Origin: a virus | IMG/VR virus record: IMGVR_UViG_3300045988_152944 | Length of the DNA: 64,000 nt | Direction: 5' to 3' (one strand) | Part shown: one piece after another, positions 1 through 9,511 of the stretch | Layout of the letters: the number at the start of each line of letters is the position of its first letter | How positions within the stretch are numbered: the first letter of the stretch is position 1 | Program-made: the position numbers and the translations under genes | Notes under the pieces: model-generated | Databases searched by the model: none | The model's input: only the letters and a program-made list of their open reading frames with translations | Told to the model about the DNA's origin: nothing

Positions 1-109
1 GTCCTCCCGAAGTATCTAAGGTAGCCTGAAACGGAACCCCAGATTCGCCTGCTTGTATCTTTCTTAACGTTTCGTTAATCGAAAGATTTATATTAATATC
101 ATCCGCCAT
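1..109 (-). CDS. hypothetical protein, N-terminal fragment (gene runs off left edge)
   Basis: ATG at 109-107 (MADDINI...) preceded by GGAGG (complement of 116-120); frame open to nt 1. Confidence 0.4.
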   Translation of the reverse strand, partial: MADDININLSINETLRKIQAGESGVPFQATLDTSGG

Positions 110-112
110 AAC

Positions 113-592
113 TTACCTCCGAATTAATTGTTTAATGAAAGTTACAAAATCAGTAGTTACAAATTTCGCGATAGCTTCAATCGCTTCTTTAGTATAATAG
201 TCATCCTCTCTCTCCCCATCAATTGGAGTTTGCCAATAACTATATAAATCATGAACCTCTGATTCTTCATTTTGCATATAATGTATTTTATAAATTGGGT
301 CCCCTGTGGAATCTTCCCAATTGATTATTGTCTCATCAAAAAATATTTTACAGCTCCATCCGTCAACTTCGGACATCACGGAGCCCAAAAACCTATCCAA
401 CGGAACGACATTTGTCCTAAAACTATTAATTTGATAGACTTCTGCCACTTTTTGCCTAAAAATATACAGACAATTGTCAGACAAGTAATTCATAATTTGA
501 GGACGCAGTTGCGCTAGCCGTTTTGCGGCCGATGGAGAGTTTGCATTATGTATCACGATTTCCCCCACTATTTGAGTTAAATTAATTTCCAT
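113..592 (-). CDS. hypothetical protein (159 aa)
   Basis: Track ORF; GGGAGGG RBS upstream of ATG at 592; co-oriented with the late arm. Confidence 0.55.
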   Translation of the reverse strand: MEINLTQIVGEIVIHNANSPSAAKRLAQLRPQIMNYLSDNCLYIFRQKVAEVYQINSFRTNVVPLDRFLGSVMSEVDGWSCKIFFDETIINWEDSTGDPIYKIHYMQNEESEVHDLYSYWQTPIDGEREDDYYTKEAIEAIAKFVTTDFVTFIKQLIRR

Positions 593-609
593 ACGCCCTC
601 CCTCTTTTT

Positions 610-646
610 TTCAAATAACAAAACTAGGCGGAGTAAGTGCTCCGCC
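610..646 (-). terminator. rho-independent terminator
   Basis: Perfect 7-bp stem GGCGGAG/CTCCGCC (627-646), then a T-rich tract on the minus strand; sits just after the stop at 671. Confidence 0.6.
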
Positions 647-670
647 CAGAATTGCGTTATTCAGTACACC

Positions 671-1324
671 CTATTCGTCTGTGGTTTTTATTAAATTGGT
701 TAACTCATCGTCTTTGAGTAGACCGTGTTCCGAAAGGGCTCCCGCAACCGCCGCCGTCATCGGATCATTTTGTTGAGTAATTGTTGCCAAATTCTTTACT
801 GTTTCAGCGTCTAATCCCTGTATCGTTTTCTTCATAGCTTTCACCGTTTTTGCAAGTTTATCAGCGTCAAGTCCATCAAACATTTCAACCATTTTGAACA
901 GATTTGAATAGTTTAACATTCTGTCAACCATTTGTTCTAAATATCTATAATCCCTTTCACAGAATTTTAAGATATCATCAACAATTCCGCTATCGTATAA
1001 AGCATCGATTGTGACCGGCGACATTGCAATTTCACCCATATCGTTGTTAATGTTGGAATAAGCCAAAAGACAGTATAAAATTTTTGCACACTCTATACGA
1101 ACAGTGGCCTCAACCGCATCATGCTCGTTATTTTTTAAACTCCAGGCTGTATATAATAGCGCTGCGGTTTTGTCACCCATTGTGAGTCTAGATTGCACAA
1201 GCAAATCTTGTTTCTGTTGTTGTAAAGCCTTCTCGGCCTCTTGATTTGTCTTACCTTCTTTATAAGCATCGCGACAATTAAACCAATTGATTAGTATATC
1301 TGATAATAAAACCTTATTTTCCAT
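671..1324 (-). CDS. hypothetical protein (217 aa)
   Basis: Internal ATG at 1324 with GAGGAG RBS, 2 nt after the integrase stop; the track start at 1432 lies inside the integrase gene. Confidence 0.55.
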   Translation of the reverse strand: MENKVLLSDILINWFNCRDAYKEGKTNQEAEKALQQQKQDLLVQSRLTMGDKTAALLYTAWSLKNNEHDAVEATVRIECAKILYCLLAYSNINNDMGEIAMSPVTIDALYDSGIVDDILKFCERDYRYLEQMVDRMLNYSNLFKMVEMFDGLDADKLAKTVKAMKKTIQGLDAETVKNLATITQQNDPMTAAVAGALSEHGLLKDDELTNLIKTTDE

Positions 1325-1325
1325 A

Positions 1326-2318
1326 TTACTCCTCTTCTTCTCCAACAAAAAATTGAGCCCAACGCTCTTCTGTCGGAATATCTGAATATCTCTTGACCAT
1401 TTCAAGAGAATCCCAAGATTGGATTTCAGCAATAGCCGAATCCGAAATACCTTCTTTTTGCATATTGGTTGTCCACAAATGTCTCATACAGTGGAAATAA
1501 AAAGGTACATTCATCAACGCACCAATCTTCTCAGCGTACGTATTCATTTGCGACACCGTTGCTTGAACAAATTTGCCATCACTGGTAGTAACAAACAGCC
1601 ATGGCGATTCTATTCCGCGTTCCTCGCGCTGTTTCATCCAAGCATCAAAATAGGGTTGAAATTTATTTTTTAATACATATTTAGGGATCTGTTTGCCGTT
1701 TGAGCCGCGTCCTTTTGTCTTAATAACACCCGTTTTATACATTTTACCATTAAGAATTAAATGTGCGTCATCAAAAAACTCAACCTTCATCCTGGTCAAT
1801 TCGGCCTTTCTCATTCCCGACGCAAAACTTAATGCGAGTGCGCAGGCTATTTGACACTGACCTTGTGTCAAGAGTTTGTCCAAACACTCTTCGACTTGTT
1901 CGTCAGTCAACACCGTTTTTTCACGTACTGGTTCTTTGTGCACCGGTTCAAGACTTTTGATCAAGTTCCTAAAGTTTGGATATAAATCTTCGTCCAAAAC
2001 CTCAATACAGTTCGACAGACTGCTAATGGCAGACTTTAAAGAAGCCACCCTATTGGAGCTCAAGCCGAGTCCGCGCAAATAACCAATGTATCTCACAAAA
2101 TCTCGCTTTTTGAGATCGATGAAAAACTTGTCTTCATTCTCGGTGTAATTCCAACAGAAGAAAACTTTCAACTGAGCCTCATACTGCTTGATGGTTTGCG
2201 CACTGCGGTCATTCGCTTTGCAATAGTCTATAAACTCTTTAACTAATTGTCTGTTTGGCTTACTGACTGAAGGCCAAGCTTGAGTGAGATTTGCGTTGTA
2301 AACTGTTGTTCGTCCCAT
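1326..2318 (-). CDS. tyrosine recombinase / phage integrase family
   Basis: N-terminal SAM-like core-binding region (TIKQYEAQLKVF). Catalytic-type residues ASGMRKAEL, HCMRHLWTT and VKRYSD fit the R..HxxR..Y pattern. GGAGGG RBS. Confidence 0.8.
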   Translation of the reverse strand: MGRTTVYNANLTQAWPSVSKPNRQLVKEFIDYCKANDRSAQTIKQYEAQLKVFFCWNYTENEDKFFIDLKKRDFVRYIGYLRGLGLSSNRVASLKSAISSLSNCIEVLDEDLYPNFRNLIKSLEPVHKEPVREKTVLTDEQVEECLDKLLTQGQCQIACALALSFASGMRKAELTRMKVEFFDDAHLILNGKMYKTGVIKTKGRGSNGKQIPKYVLKNKFQPYFDAWMKQREERGIESPWLFVTTSDGKFVQATVSQMNTYAEKIGALMNVPFYFHCMRHLWTTNMQKEGISDSAIAEIQSWDSLEMVKRYSDIPTEERWAQFFVGEEEE

Positions 2319-2974
2319 TTGAGTCCCTCCAATCTTTCTATTTCATTATCGACATCTTTGATGGCATGATTCGCTGTCAAAGTTTTACGATGTTTTTTTT
2401 CAAGTTTAATTTGGTCGTCTATATCTTTATTCCACTTGGCACCTCGAAGACAGAACCAAAGTGCGATGGCATCTGACTCGTCGCGCGTAATCGATTCGGG
2501 ATCGATGTCATAGTATTTACACACCGCCGCACGGATGTCATCTTTTTGCGGTTTCTCAATCCCTAGAAGTTTTTTAAAATATGTCTTCACGGAAATCGAG
2601 TGAATACCGTTGGAATAAGTGTAAAGTTTTCTTAAATAAGTGTTGATATTAAAAACCGCGTGTGCCGCTGCAAGGGCTTGCAACGTTTGAGCCGTTGAGT
2701 GCGGTCCGCAGTTAATAGGCAGTTGTTCTTTAATAATAATTAAATCTTCTGCTTGAAGACTGTACCTATCCAAGAAATCGTTGACCATCTCATCGAACAT
2801 TTGATACATCTCGCCGGTAGGCTGATCTGTCGTTCGAGATACGGATATCTGTTGCACCTCTATGAGGGCATTTGTTGATACATCTAAAAGAGCAAAGCCG
2901 CTCTCGTATTGCGCCAAATCGCATACGAGAGCGTACTTATAATCACTTAACCGTTTGAGGAATTTTGCTTCCAT
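2243..2974 (-). CDS. RuvC-like Holliday junction resolvase (putative)
   Basis: D (ALVCDLA), E (IIIKEQL) and ESDAIALWF motifs are spaced like the RuvC D-E-D-D set; AAGGAG RBS; its 3' end overlaps the integrase start. Confidence 0.45.
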   Translation of the reverse strand: MEAKFLKRLSDYKYALVCDLAQYESGFALLDVSTNALIEVQQISVSRTTDQPTGEMYQMFDEMVNDFLDRYSLQAEDLIIIKEQLPINCGPHSTAQTLQALAAAHAVFNINTYLRKLYTYSNGIHSISVKTYFKKLLGIEKPQKDDIRAAVCKYYDIDPESITRDESDAIALWFCLRGAKWNKDIDDQIKLEKKHRKTLTANHAIKDVDNEIERLEGLKWDEQQFTTQISLKLGLQSVSQTDN

Positions 2975-3022
2975 TCGTTTCTCCTTGTTTTCCTTGTTAT
3001 TTACCTTGTGTACTATATTACC

Positions 3023-3841
3023 TTAGAAGTTGATAATTAACGTGTCTCCTGAAAGTTCGAAGGTGGGTATATCACTTGCCTTTGCGCCGCCTGCTTCAGT
3101 TAAAATCTCACTTGGTGTCCTGTAATATATCCAGCCGTTACTATCGAATACACATACCATTCCAGTTCCCGAACCTTTGTTAGACTTAACACTCGATTGC
3201 AACCAACTGCCTTTTACATATCCGCTTGCGTTGATTGAATAACCACCGTCTTCTCCTGTTATTGTTTGCCCTCCTGTGAACGTATTATTTCCAGCAAGGT
3301 TTGCCTTTCCACTTATATCTTGATGACTTGTTATTACCGTACCTAAATCTACAACACCACTCGTACCTTTACTTCCACCATTCATCTTGATTTCAGTAAT
3401 AGTACCAGTTTTGTTCAAGCCAGGAAATGCTGTTTCATTAACGCCAACGTCGCTTGTACCTAATGTAATATCAGCATTTAGAGCTTTATGATTAACTTTT
3501 CTTGTGTTAGGTACAGCATTGTCTGCTTTTGTACCTTGTGCTGCAGTAGCAAAGAATCCTACGTCTTTTTGAGCAGCAGTGCCCAATCCGTTGACCGTGC
3601 TTTCGAGGCTAGCGATTCTATTGTCATAATCTATCAAGGCAAACGGGAGATTATTGATTGTTCTCGAACCGTCGCCAATTTTGAAACGAACTGCTTGTGT
3701 CTGGACTCCGCTGGTGTTATATTCCGCATCGTATATCACGATTTCTCCCTTTTTGGGGATAAAAGTCGTTGCTTTTGCCCAGTTGGCAGCAGTATCGTGC
3801 TTTTGTTGTATTCTAGAAGTTATATTTTTTTCAGCAGCCAT
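3023..3841 (-). CDS. tail fibre / receptor-binding protein paralog (272 aa)
   Basis: Start moved to ATG 3841 (AAAGGAGG RBS). N-terminal KHDTAANW..KKGE..KIGDG..NLPF anchor is shared with the 5170, 6092 and 9512 genes. An internal module VPNTRK..AFPGLNKTGT..VVDLGTVITSHQDISGK is shared with the 6092 gene. Confidence 0.7.
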   Translation of the reverse strand: MAAEKNITSRIQQKHDTAANWAKATTFIPKKGEIVIYDAEYNTSGVQTQAVRFKIGDGSRTINNLPFALIDYDNRIASLESTVNGLGTAAQKDVGFFATAAQGTKADNAVPNTRKVNHKALNADITLGTSDVGVNETAFPGLNKTGTITEIKMNGGSKGTSGVVDLGTVITSHQDISGKANLAGNNTFTGGQTITGEDGGYSINASGYVKGSWLQSSVKSNKGSGTGMVCVFDSNGWIYYRTPSEILTEAGGAKASDIPTFELSGDTLIINF

Positions 3842-3910
3842 TCGGGCCTCCTTTATCCATTTCAAATTGAGCCAAAAGAAAAGCGTTAGGATCAATTTCA
3901 CCTAAAGCTC

Positions 3911-3932
3911 GACGGGGTTGCTACACCCCGTC
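3911..3932 (-). promoter_or_regulatory. conserved intergenic stem-loop (copy 1)
   Basis: GACGGGG-N8-CCCCGTC. Near-identical hairpin and about 100-nt leader recur at 6037-6062 ahead of the paralogous fibre gene. No clear U-run. Confidence 0.5.
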
Positions 3933-3967
3933 TATTGTTTAAGTTTATGTGTGTTTATTGATATTGG

Positions 3968-5158
3968 TCATTGTTTCGGTATATCTCCATCTGTACAGTG
4001 GATTGTATAGTTACCTGTGTCTGTATCCCAATAAGAGCCTTTTGTTATTGCATTCCATTGTGCTTTCGTTCCATTAAAAGTAATGTTGGTAAGTCTACTG
4101 CACTCCCGGAACGCACCCTTGCCGATGCTCGTTACTTTATCTGGAATAACTATTTGCGTAAGAGAAGTGCACTGCCAAAAAGCGTATTCACTAATGCTCG
4201 TCACACTGTTGCCTATTGTCACACTCGTAAGCCCGGTGCAATACTCGAAGGCATCTTTATCGATGCTCGTCACACTGTTTGGAACTTCTATGCTCGTAAG
4301 CCCACTGCAACCAGAGAAGGCATACCTGCCTATGCTCGTCAAATTGTCCGACATTGTTATACTGGTTAAACTTGTGCAGTTTTCAAAAGCATAAGGTAAA
4401 ATATTGCGACCATTAAATATAACAGTTGTTAATGATGATGGAATATAATATGTGTTGTGGTCGTTATAACCAATGTGTTGGTATGCTTCATAACTTCCTG
4501 TGTACTTACTTGTGCCAAAGATGTGCCCAAATGGGCGCCAATCTCCAATGGATGTTGAATCATTTGCCCCTCTACCAGCAAATGGAATGGTTATGCTTTT
4601 TAGTGATGAACAACCATTAAAAGTACCTTCTTCAATCGAGATAATATTTGTTGGAATTGTTATACTTGTAAGCCCAATACAACCAGCAAAATTAATGTTA
4701 ATTTTTGTACCACTGGTTATAATAACTTCAAAAGAATTACTTTTACATTGTTTTGCAACAATAGGAGCAACAGAAGAAGACCCTATTATTTTTGTTAAGT
4801 TACTGCAGCCTCTAAAGGCGTAATCCTTTATATCATTAACACTACTGGGTATTGTTATACCTGTAAGTCCAACACAACCATCAAAAGCAGAGTAACCAAT
4901 AGTCGTAACTATAAGTGTATTTTTTATTCTGTTCGGAATTTTTAGATAACCATTATGTTGATAATTAGACCGAAATCCTGTAATTGTAGCTTTATCATTT
5001 GTTACAGTATAAGTAAATAATAAATTTGCAAAATCATTTCCCCATACACACACAACTTCTTGTGCTCGTTCTTTAGCATAAATTGCTTTAACCGCTTTAT
5101 TATTTCTTACTGCGTTTGTGCTAATTTGTTTGTTCTCTTGGTAAACATAAATAGGCAT
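3968..5158 (-). CDS. BspA-like leucine-rich-repeat (LRR_5 type) protein
   Basis: At least 8 tandem ~23-aa repeats of the form IPxSVTSIGxxAFxxCxxLTSI; GAGGTG RBS; embedded in the fibre array. Confidence 0.8.
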   Translation of the reverse strand: MPIYVYQENKQISTNAVRNNKAVKAIYAKERAQEVVCVWGNDFANLLFTYTVTNDKATITGFRSNYQHNGYLKIPNRIKNTLIVTTIGYSAFDGCVGLTGITIPSSVNDIKDYAFRGCSNLTKIIGSSSVAPIVAKQCKSNSFEVIITSGTKININFAGCIGLTSITIPTNIISIEEGTFNGCSSLKSITIPFAGRGANDSTSIGDWRPFGHIFGTSKYTGSYEAYQHIGYNDHNTYYIPSSLTTVIFNGRNILPYAFENCTSLTSITMSDNLTSIGRYAFSGCSGLTSIEVPNSVTSIDKDAFEYCTGLTSVTIGNSVTSISEYAFWQCTSLTQIVIPDKVTSIGKGAFRECSRLTNITFNGTKAQWNAITKGSYWDTDTGNYTIHCTDGDIPKQ

Positions 5159-5169
5159 AACTCACCTCG

Positions 5170-5970
5170 TTATTGAACGTCAAAGGTTGTAGCTTTAACA
5201 ATGGTATTATTAAATTTAACACTGGTAGTATCAACCGTAAGTTTATTGAGTAACGCAATCAACTTGGTTAGTTGTTCTTCTGTTAAATTCAATAATGTTA
5301 ATATATCTATTTGTGTTAATTTATCTGTTAAATCATTGTAAGAACCAGAAAATAATGTAGGTTTATCAGTTAAATCATCATATGAACCACTAAATATTTT
5401 ACTATTTATTTCGTCAACAGCACCTTGCAAATTCGTTGCCGTAAGTCCAGAATTAGCATTATTATACACTATATGGTCAGCCGTAGAAACAAAATTTACC
5501 GTTCCTGTTTCGCCTTCAATTAGGTATAATTTATCATCTTGTAAAGTGCCTGCTAAATACGCTTGAGAAAATTCAGCCTCTGTCATAATTACAACGTCAG
5601 CGAATGTAAGAGGTCCTGAACCACCACCCAAGTTCCCTAAATCAACTTTGCCTGTTGAGTCAGGATTAAAATTCACCCCGTTGGCTTTCACCGACGTGAC
5701 AGTGCCAACCTTGTCTAAACCAGGCTTGCTCTCAAGAGCAGTGATTCTATTGTTATAATCTATAACAGCAAATGGAAGATTATTAACCGTTCTAGTGCCA
5801 TCACCGATTTTAAATCTAACAGCCTGGGTTTCACTTCCACTTGCATTGTATTCTGCGTCATATATAATAATTTCCCCTTTTTGAGGAATAAAATTTATCG
5901 CTTTTGCCCAATTGGCAGCGACGTCATGTTTTTGTTGAATTCGTGAATTTATTTTTTTTTCAGTAGCCAT
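5170..5970 (-). CDS. tail fibre / receptor-binding protein paralog (266 aa)
   Basis: Same N-terminal anchor and upstream leader as the 3023 gene (~75-80% nt identity by eye). Shares ALESKPGLDKVGTVTSV with the 6092 gene. Confidence 0.7.
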   Translation of the reverse strand: MATEKKINSRIQQKHDVAANWAKAINFIPQKGEIIIYDAEYNASGSETQAVRFKIGDGTRTVNNLPFAVIDYNNRITALESKPGLDKVGTVTSVKANGVNFNPDSTGKVDLGNLGGGSGPLTFADVVIMTEAEFSQAYLAGTLQDDKLYLIEGETGTVNFVSTADHIVYNNANSGLTATNLQGAVDEINSKIFSGSYDDLTDKPTLFSGSYNDLTDKLTQIDILTLLNLTEEQLTKLIALLNKLTVDTTSVKFNNTIVKATTFDVQ

Positions 5971-6036
5971 TTGGGCCTCCTTATCATTTTCAAATTAAGC
6001 CGAAACAGAGCTTTGAGATCTATTTCACTCAAAGCT

Positions 6037-6062
6037 CGACGGGGGTTGCTATACCCCCGTCG
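6037..6062 (-). promoter_or_regulatory. conserved intergenic stem-loop (copy 2)
   Basis: CGACGGGGG-N8-CCCCCGTCG; paralogous to 3911-3932. Confidence 0.5.
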
Positions 6063-6091
6063 ATTATTTAAGTTTTTGAGTGTAGAAAAAA

Positions 6092-7774
6092 TTAATCGAT
6101 ATTTACCGTAGCTGAGCCACAGTCAAACACGAACACTACCGAATCGTCAATTTCGACTTTCGGAGCAACAGCAGCGGTGCCAGTCACTTTCAAACCAACT
6201 CCGGCGCTAACATTAGTAACGGTACCAACTTTGTCTAGACCAGGTTTACCTTCAAGAGCAGTAATCTTATCTGCATAACCGTCGTAAGTGCTAACTTTTG
6301 CTTCAGTGATACCAGAGTTAACAGCGCCGAGTTGTGCAGTCGAAAGTTTATCTTGTTTACTTGTTGCATAACCGTCATACGTGCTAACTTTTGCTTCGGT
6401 AATACCAGAGTTGACTGCACTAAGTTGATCAGTGGTCAACTTGTCTTGTTTACCCGAAATGTCTTGGTGAGCGGTGATAACAGTACCAAGGTCAACAACA
6501 CCAGAAGCTGGATTCTTTGTTGTGCCGTTCATCTTAACAGCAGTAACAGTACCAGTTTTGTTCAAGCCAGGGAAGGCTGCTTCGGTAACGCCAACATCAT
6601 CAGCACTCAAGTTGATGTCACTTGAAAGCGCTTTATTGTTAATTTTTCTTGTGTTAGGCACATAACCAGAAAGGTCAATGTCTGTATTGCCAATACGCTC
6701 CCACTTATAAGTCGAACCTGACTCAACAGTTATAAATTCATCATAACTGTCGGGTTGTCCGTCGCTCGGATTGTGCGAGTGAGCCATAAGATAAATCTTG
6801 CCCATAGTCGCTTTTGCTGCTGTAGGCAATTCGGTAACAACCTGATATTCAAATTGTTTAACCGTGCTTATTGCGGTGTCCACATATTGTTTAGTCGCGG
6901 GATTCATTTCCGCCGTAGGCGCTTGAACTGTTACAGCACCAGTGAACGCACCACCCGCTTTAGGCATTGCGTCATCAGCTTTCGTACCTTGTGCCGCAGT
7001 TGCGTAAGCAGAACTTTCGGTATAAGCCGCACTCTTAAGACCTTTAACAGCAACATTGTCAGTAGCAGTACCATTAACAGTAATCTTTACTGTACCGTTG
7101 TTAGTACCGGACGCAAGAGTAACTGTTTGGTGACTCTGGAGAGCAGTGTCTGCTTTGCCCAATGACGTTTGGACCGCTTCTGCTAAATCTGCTTTGGGGA
7201 TTCCGCCAGCAGGTTTTGAATATTTACCATCTGCCGTAGATTGTGCAGCCTGTGCAGCAGATGCGGCAGCAGCAGCGTCATCAACACCTTTTTGAGCTTT
7301 AGTAAGCAGTGCAGCCCAACCTTTAACAACAGCGTCATCACCAACAGCCACACCGTTCTTTTTCAGAACAAGCGAGCCATCAGCAGCTCCAGTTTCAAGC
7401 GTAAACTCAGCCTGTGCCGGAAGAGCGCCGATTTGTTGATCTGTGTAGGCTTTAGCACTTTGCAACGCACCAGCGGCTGAGCCAGCACTATCAGCACCAA
7501 CTTCATTTGCGGTATAAGTTGGCTTGGTCGCCGCTTTGGCCCATCCGTAAACATCAGCAGCAAGACCACTCGCCCATGGGAGTTCGCTAAATTTGTGAAC
7601 ACCATCGCCCACCTTTAATAATACTGCAGGAGGCGTGGATTGTTCGGCAGTCTCACCAGTAGCCAATGAACAAATTGCGACTTCACCCTTTTTAAGGATA
7701 AATTCGGAAGCATTCCAATTGGCTAAAGTATCATATTTTAAAGCAATTCTTGTATTAAGTGTAGTAGTTGCCAT
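6092..7774 (-). CDS. tail fibre protein (560 aa), mosaic
   Basis: N-terminal ANW..KKGE..KVGDG anchor. The MPKAGGAFTGAVTVQAPT..NPATK.YVD module is shared with the 7796 gene. C-terminal modules are shared with the 3023 and 5170 genes. GGAGG RBS. Confidence 0.7.
   Translation of the reverse strand: MATTTLNTRIALKYDTLANWNASEFILKKGEVAICSLATGETAEQSTPPAVLLKVGDGVHKFSELPWASGLAADVYGWAKAATKPTYTANEVGADSAGSAAGALQSAKAYTDQQIGALPAQAEFTLETGAADGSLVLKKNGVAVGDDAVVKGWAALLTKAQKGVDDAAAAASAAQAAQSTADGKYSKPAGGIPKADLAEAVQTSLGKADTALQSHQTVTLASGTNNGTVKITVNGTATDNVAVKGLKSAAYTESSAYATAAQGTKADDAMPKAGGAFTGAVTVQAPTAEMNPATKQYVDTAISTVKQFEYQVVTELPTAAKATMGKIYLMAHSHNPSDGQPDSYDEFITVESGSTYKWERIGNTDIDLSGYVPNTRKINNKALSSDINLSADDVGVTEAAFPGLNKTGTVTAVKMNGTTKNPASGVVDLGTVITAHQDISGKQDKLTTDQLSAVNSGITEAKVSTYDGYATSKQDKLSTAQLGAVNSGITEAKVSTYDGYADKITALEGKPGLDKVGTVTNVSAGVGLKVTGTAAVAPKVEIDDSVVFVFDCGSATVNID
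6273..6458 (-). repeat. in-frame 93-bp tandem duplication inside the fibre gene
   Basis: Two 93-bp units (6273 and 6366) encode QDKL(T/S)..QL.AVNSGITEAKVSTYDGYA twice. Confidence 0.85.
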
Positions 7775-7795
7775 TGTTTTTATTCCTCCAAATTA

Positions 7796-9493
7796 TTAGG
7801 CGTTTGCGCTGCCGCCGTTGAGAATAAGTTCATCTCCGTCCGTCTGGACAAGTTTATTCACGTTCAACGCACTGATTTTTGCATCGGTCACTTGACCATC
7901 ACCAATCATCGCTGTCAGTACACCGCCGGTTGCAATCGAGAACTCGCGTTTCTCATTGATGGCAAGACCGCCATTGGTAAGGACATTATACGTAAGAGCT
8001 TCGGGTACGGGAACCGTAACATAAGCTTTCCCATCTTCGTCCAACACAACTGCGTGTTCGTTTCCGCCTTCCGTGTGTCCAAGTTTGATGCCACCAAGAG
8101 CTTCGGTTGTGGCTTGGGGAATCTCAGTCAGTGCGCCCAGATCAGCAGCGGTAATTTCAACAGCTTCAGAACCATTGTAAGTTTTACCGCCCGCCGTTAA
8201 AATGTTTTTAACCGAATCAGCAACACCTGCGTTCGCTACGGCTCCATCAATCAATGTGCCACTCAGTTTGTGATCAGCGTCGATAATGGATTGTTTCTTA
8301 TTGATCTCGCCTTCGAGTTCAGTCTTCGCTCCGCTAACCGCTGTGCTGATTTCACTCGTGACGTCTGCTGATTTAGCATAACCATCAAGAGCTGCCCCAG
8401 TAATGTATGCAGAATTGTCGACTTCATAACCGTCGGCTGTTTTCTTAACAAGACCAGTACCAGTTATAGCGTTTAACTTATCGAGATTCGCGTTGGCAGC
8501 CTGTTTGCCCGCCAGAGCTTCGGCAAGGCCATTGACTTGACCTTGTTCAATTGCGATTGCTTGTTTTTCAACCGCAACTACACCGTTAGTTTCGGAAATA
8601 GATTTGATTGTTTCGCTCGCTGCAACATCAACTTGTGCCAAGATAAGCTTTTTAATCTCATCCGAAAGCGCTTGTGTGGTTACATAACCCGAAAGGTCAA
8701 TATCCGTGTTACCGATCTTTTCAAACTTATCCGTAACCCAAATGTATTCATCATAAATATCTTGAGTGCCGTGTGTGTGTGCTACAAGATAAATGACACC
8801 AGCTTCGCCAGTGGTAGGAAGTTTTTCAACAACCTTGAACTCAACACCCGTGATACCACCAATAGCATCATCAACGTATTTCTTCGTTGCGGGGTTCATA
8901 TTCTCCGTTGGAGCTTGGACTGTTACAGCGCCAGTGAACGCACCACCCGCTTTAGGCATCGCTGCATCTGCGGTGGTCTGTACGGCTTCAACTTCCGTCT
9001 TTTTAGCATATGCGCTGAGATCAATATTTACTTTTTTATCAGCGATTGCAACGTCTGCGCCGTTAACCTGAACACCTTCAAGAACGTTAACCTGTGCGCC
9101 AGCAGCAATACCGTCAAGTTTTGCTTTATCTTCTTTTGACAGGAAACCATCTTTTTCCGTGGTCGCAAGAATAAGTTTACCTTCGATAGTCGTGCAGCGT
9201 GCTTCCAGTGCGCTAACTTTTTCAGCAAGTTCATCTGCACTAGATGCCTGGCCAAACTTCGTAAGCGTCTTGCCCGCGTTGATTTGATAGAGACCAACAC
9301 CAACTGTCGTGTCCTTAACGATCAATAATTGACCAATGTAATATGCACTATCTGCACTACCTACTTCTGCAGCGCCCGCAGCAGCAGTGACAGCATCATT
9401 ATAATTCTCAAAATAGCTGTTAGCATCCAGTGGGAAAGCAGAAGTCCTATTAAAGCCAACAGCAAAATTTAATTTACCAAAATCCATTGACAT
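7796..9493 (-). CDS. tail fibre / tail-associated protein (565 aa)
   Basis: Shares MPKAGGAFTGAVTVQAPTENMNPATKKYVDDAI and YL(V/M)AH(T/S)H..GNTDIDLSGYV modules with the 6092 gene; GGGAGG RBS. Confidence 0.6.
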   Translation of the reverse strand: MSMDFGKLNFAVGFNRTSAFPLDANSYFENYNDAVTAAAGAAEVGSADSAYYIGQLLIVKDTTVGVGLYQINAGKTLTKFGQASSADELAEKVSALEARCTTIEGKLILATTEKDGFLSKEDKAKLDGIAAGAQVNVLEGVQVNGADVAIADKKVNIDLSAYAKKTEVEAVQTTADAAMPKAGGAFTGAVTVQAPTENMNPATKKYVDDAIGGITGVEFKVVEKLPTTGEAGVIYLVAHTHGTQDIYDEYIWVTDKFEKIGNTDIDLSGYVTTQALSDEIKKLILAQVDVAASETIKSISETNGVVAVEKQAIAIEQGQVNGLAEALAGKQAANANLDKLNAITGTGLVKKTADGYEVDNSAYITGAALDGYAKSADVTSEISTAVSGAKTELEGEINKKQSIIDADHKLSGTLIDGAVANAGVADSVKNILTAGGKTYNGSEAVEITAADLGALTEIPQATTEALGGIKLGHTEGGNEHAVVLDEDGKAYVTVPVPEALTYNVLTNGGLAINEKREFSIATGGVLTAMIGDGQVTDAKISALNVNKLVQTDGDELILNGGSANA

Positions 9494-9511
9494 AGTGTAT
9501 ACCTCCCTCTA

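Noticed and set aside
1326-6070. A shufflon-type invertible fibre switch driven by the adjacent tyrosine recombinase.
   Set aside because: All repeated fibre segments are in direct orientation. I found no inverted copies or promoterless reverse-oriented C-terminal cassettes.
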